This document shows, piece by piece, positions 63,278 to 64,000 of a stretch of 64,000 bases of DNA. The position numbers were made by a program, and so were the translations under genes. Numbering within the stretch: the stretch's first letter is position 1; the number at the start of each line of letters is the position of its first letter. Below the pieces are notes generated by a model. That model was not told the origin of the DNA. It made no database searches and saw only the letters and a program-made list of their open reading frames with translations. Source of the stretch: a bacterium (lineage in GTDB: Bacteria; Orphanbacterota; Orphanbacteria; JBJXGV01); NCBI GenBank assembly GCA_046160485.1, contig JBJXGV010000002.1, forward strand, positions 77,380 through 141,379, given 5' to 3'.

Positions 63278-64000
63278 TTGAGCCGCCCCGCCGGGTTTCG
63301 CGATCTGCAGAGTTTCGTTGCCGCGCTCGAGGCCGCGGGCGAGCTGCGCCGCGTGCGTGTTCCAGTCGATCCCGAACTCGAGATCACGGAGATCGTCGGA
63401 CGCGTCTGCCGCGAGGGCGGGCCAGCGCTACTCTTCGAGCGCGTCGAGGGGGCGTCGCATCCGCTCGCGGTGAATCTGCTCGGCAGCGCGCGCCGCATCG
63501 AGATCGCGCTCGGCGAGGCGCCCGCGGCGATCGGCGAGTCGCTCATCGGACTCGCGCACGCGGCGCAGTCGCTTCGCCTCGGCACGATCTTCGCGCAGCG
63601 CGGCACGTTTACTCGCGCGCTCGCGATGCGCCCCGGCCGCGCGCGCGGCGCGGCGCCCTCGCAAACGAACGTCGGCACCGGCGCGGCCGCTGATCTGACG
63701 CGCCTGCCGATCACGAAGTGCTGGCCCGGCGACGGCGGCCGCTTCGTCACGTACGGCATGGTCGAGACCGCCGATCCAGAAACGCACGTGAAGAACCTCG
63801 GCATCTACCGCCTTCAACAATTCGACGCGCAGAGCACGGGAATGCACTGGCAGATTCAGAAGGGCGGCGGATTTCACTATCACAAGGCGGAGTCGCGCGG
63901 CGAGTCGCTTCCCGTCGCGGTGATCGTCGGCGCGGATCCTTCGCTTCTTCTCGCCGCGGTCGCGCCGCTGCCCGAAGGCGTCGACGAGTTCGCGTTCGCG
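63278..64000 (+). CDS. ubiD: UbiD-family (prenyl-FMN-dependent) decarboxylase, 5' part; runs off the window end, start codon uncertain (TTG 63278 or 63242)
   Basis: Open frame to 64000 encoding 'FRDLQSFVAALEAAGELRRVRVPVDPELEITEI' and 'CWPGDGGRFVTYGMVETADPETHVKNLGIYRLQ'. Not in the ORF track because no stop falls within the window. Confidence 0.65.
   Translation, partial: MSRPAGFRDLQSFVAALEAAGELRRVRVPVDPELEITEIVGRVCREGGPALLFERVEGASHPLAVNLLGSARRIEIALGEAPAAIGESLIGLAHAAQSLRLGTIFAQRGTFTRALAMRPGRARGAAPSQTNVGTGAAADLTRLPITKCWPGDGGRFVTYGMVETADPETHVKNLGIYRLQQFDAQSTGMHWQIQKGGGFHYHKAESRGESLPVAVIVGADPSLLLAAVAPLPEGVDEFAFA

Noticed and set aside
1-64000. CRISPR arrays, tRNA/rRNA genes, riboswitches
   Set aside because: No regularly spaced direct repeats, no GTTCGA-type T-loop/cloverleaf candidates in intergenic regions, and no long structured 5' leaders were apparent by eye. 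Absence is provisional without tRNAscan/Infernal.

Overview
This is a high-GC (~65-70%) bacterial chromosomal window with about 50 protein-coding genes and no rRNA, tRNA or CRISPR array that I could detect by eye. Four large secreted proteins end in the same ~80-aa C-terminal beta-sandwich (Por_Secre_tail / FlgD-Ig-like, 'YPNPF...GIY.LR'). This suggests type IX secretion system (T9SS) cargo in an FCB/Gemmatimonadota-like organism; that taxonomic placement is inference. The most unusual content falls in three places. (1) At 250-5620 a lower-GC segment holds a 1159-aa Kelch-propeller / FN3 / glycosidase-like propeller protein with a Por-tail, flanked by two ~78%-identical paralogous ~100-aa ORFs that each keep the same RBS. 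(2) At 5720-13130 an McrBC-type modification-dependent restriction locus sits on the minus strand. Its McrB-like reading frame runs straight into the inverted repeat of an IS3-family insertion sequence that has a programmed -1 frameshift site, so the P-loop half of McrB is missing, and the remaining AAA+ domain carries a ~160-aa inserted domain. Upstream of the IS are a 440-aa protein I do not recognise and an FHA / sigma54-activator gene. (3) At 13130-20110 a strong sigma54 promoter with a palindromic upstream activator pair drives a 1251-aa beta-helix Por-tail protein, with the FHA-activator divergent and a Ser/Thr kinase-TPR gene convergent. The rest is mostly housekeeping or envelope genes: MacB-like efflux, Sir2, DUF4105/DUF3015-like pair, PQQ-type sugar dehydrogenase, HD-domain hydrolase, TerC, SPFH, fumarase C, SNF2-SWIM helicase, GGDEF, B12-like radical SAM, YggX, ATP-grasp, M2 and M14 peptidases, a GT39/Wzx/TM-TPR glycosylation set, YceH plus PP2C phosphatase, and a ubiA-ubiX-ubiD set. 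All calls rest on motif recognition from the translations only; no database search was possible.
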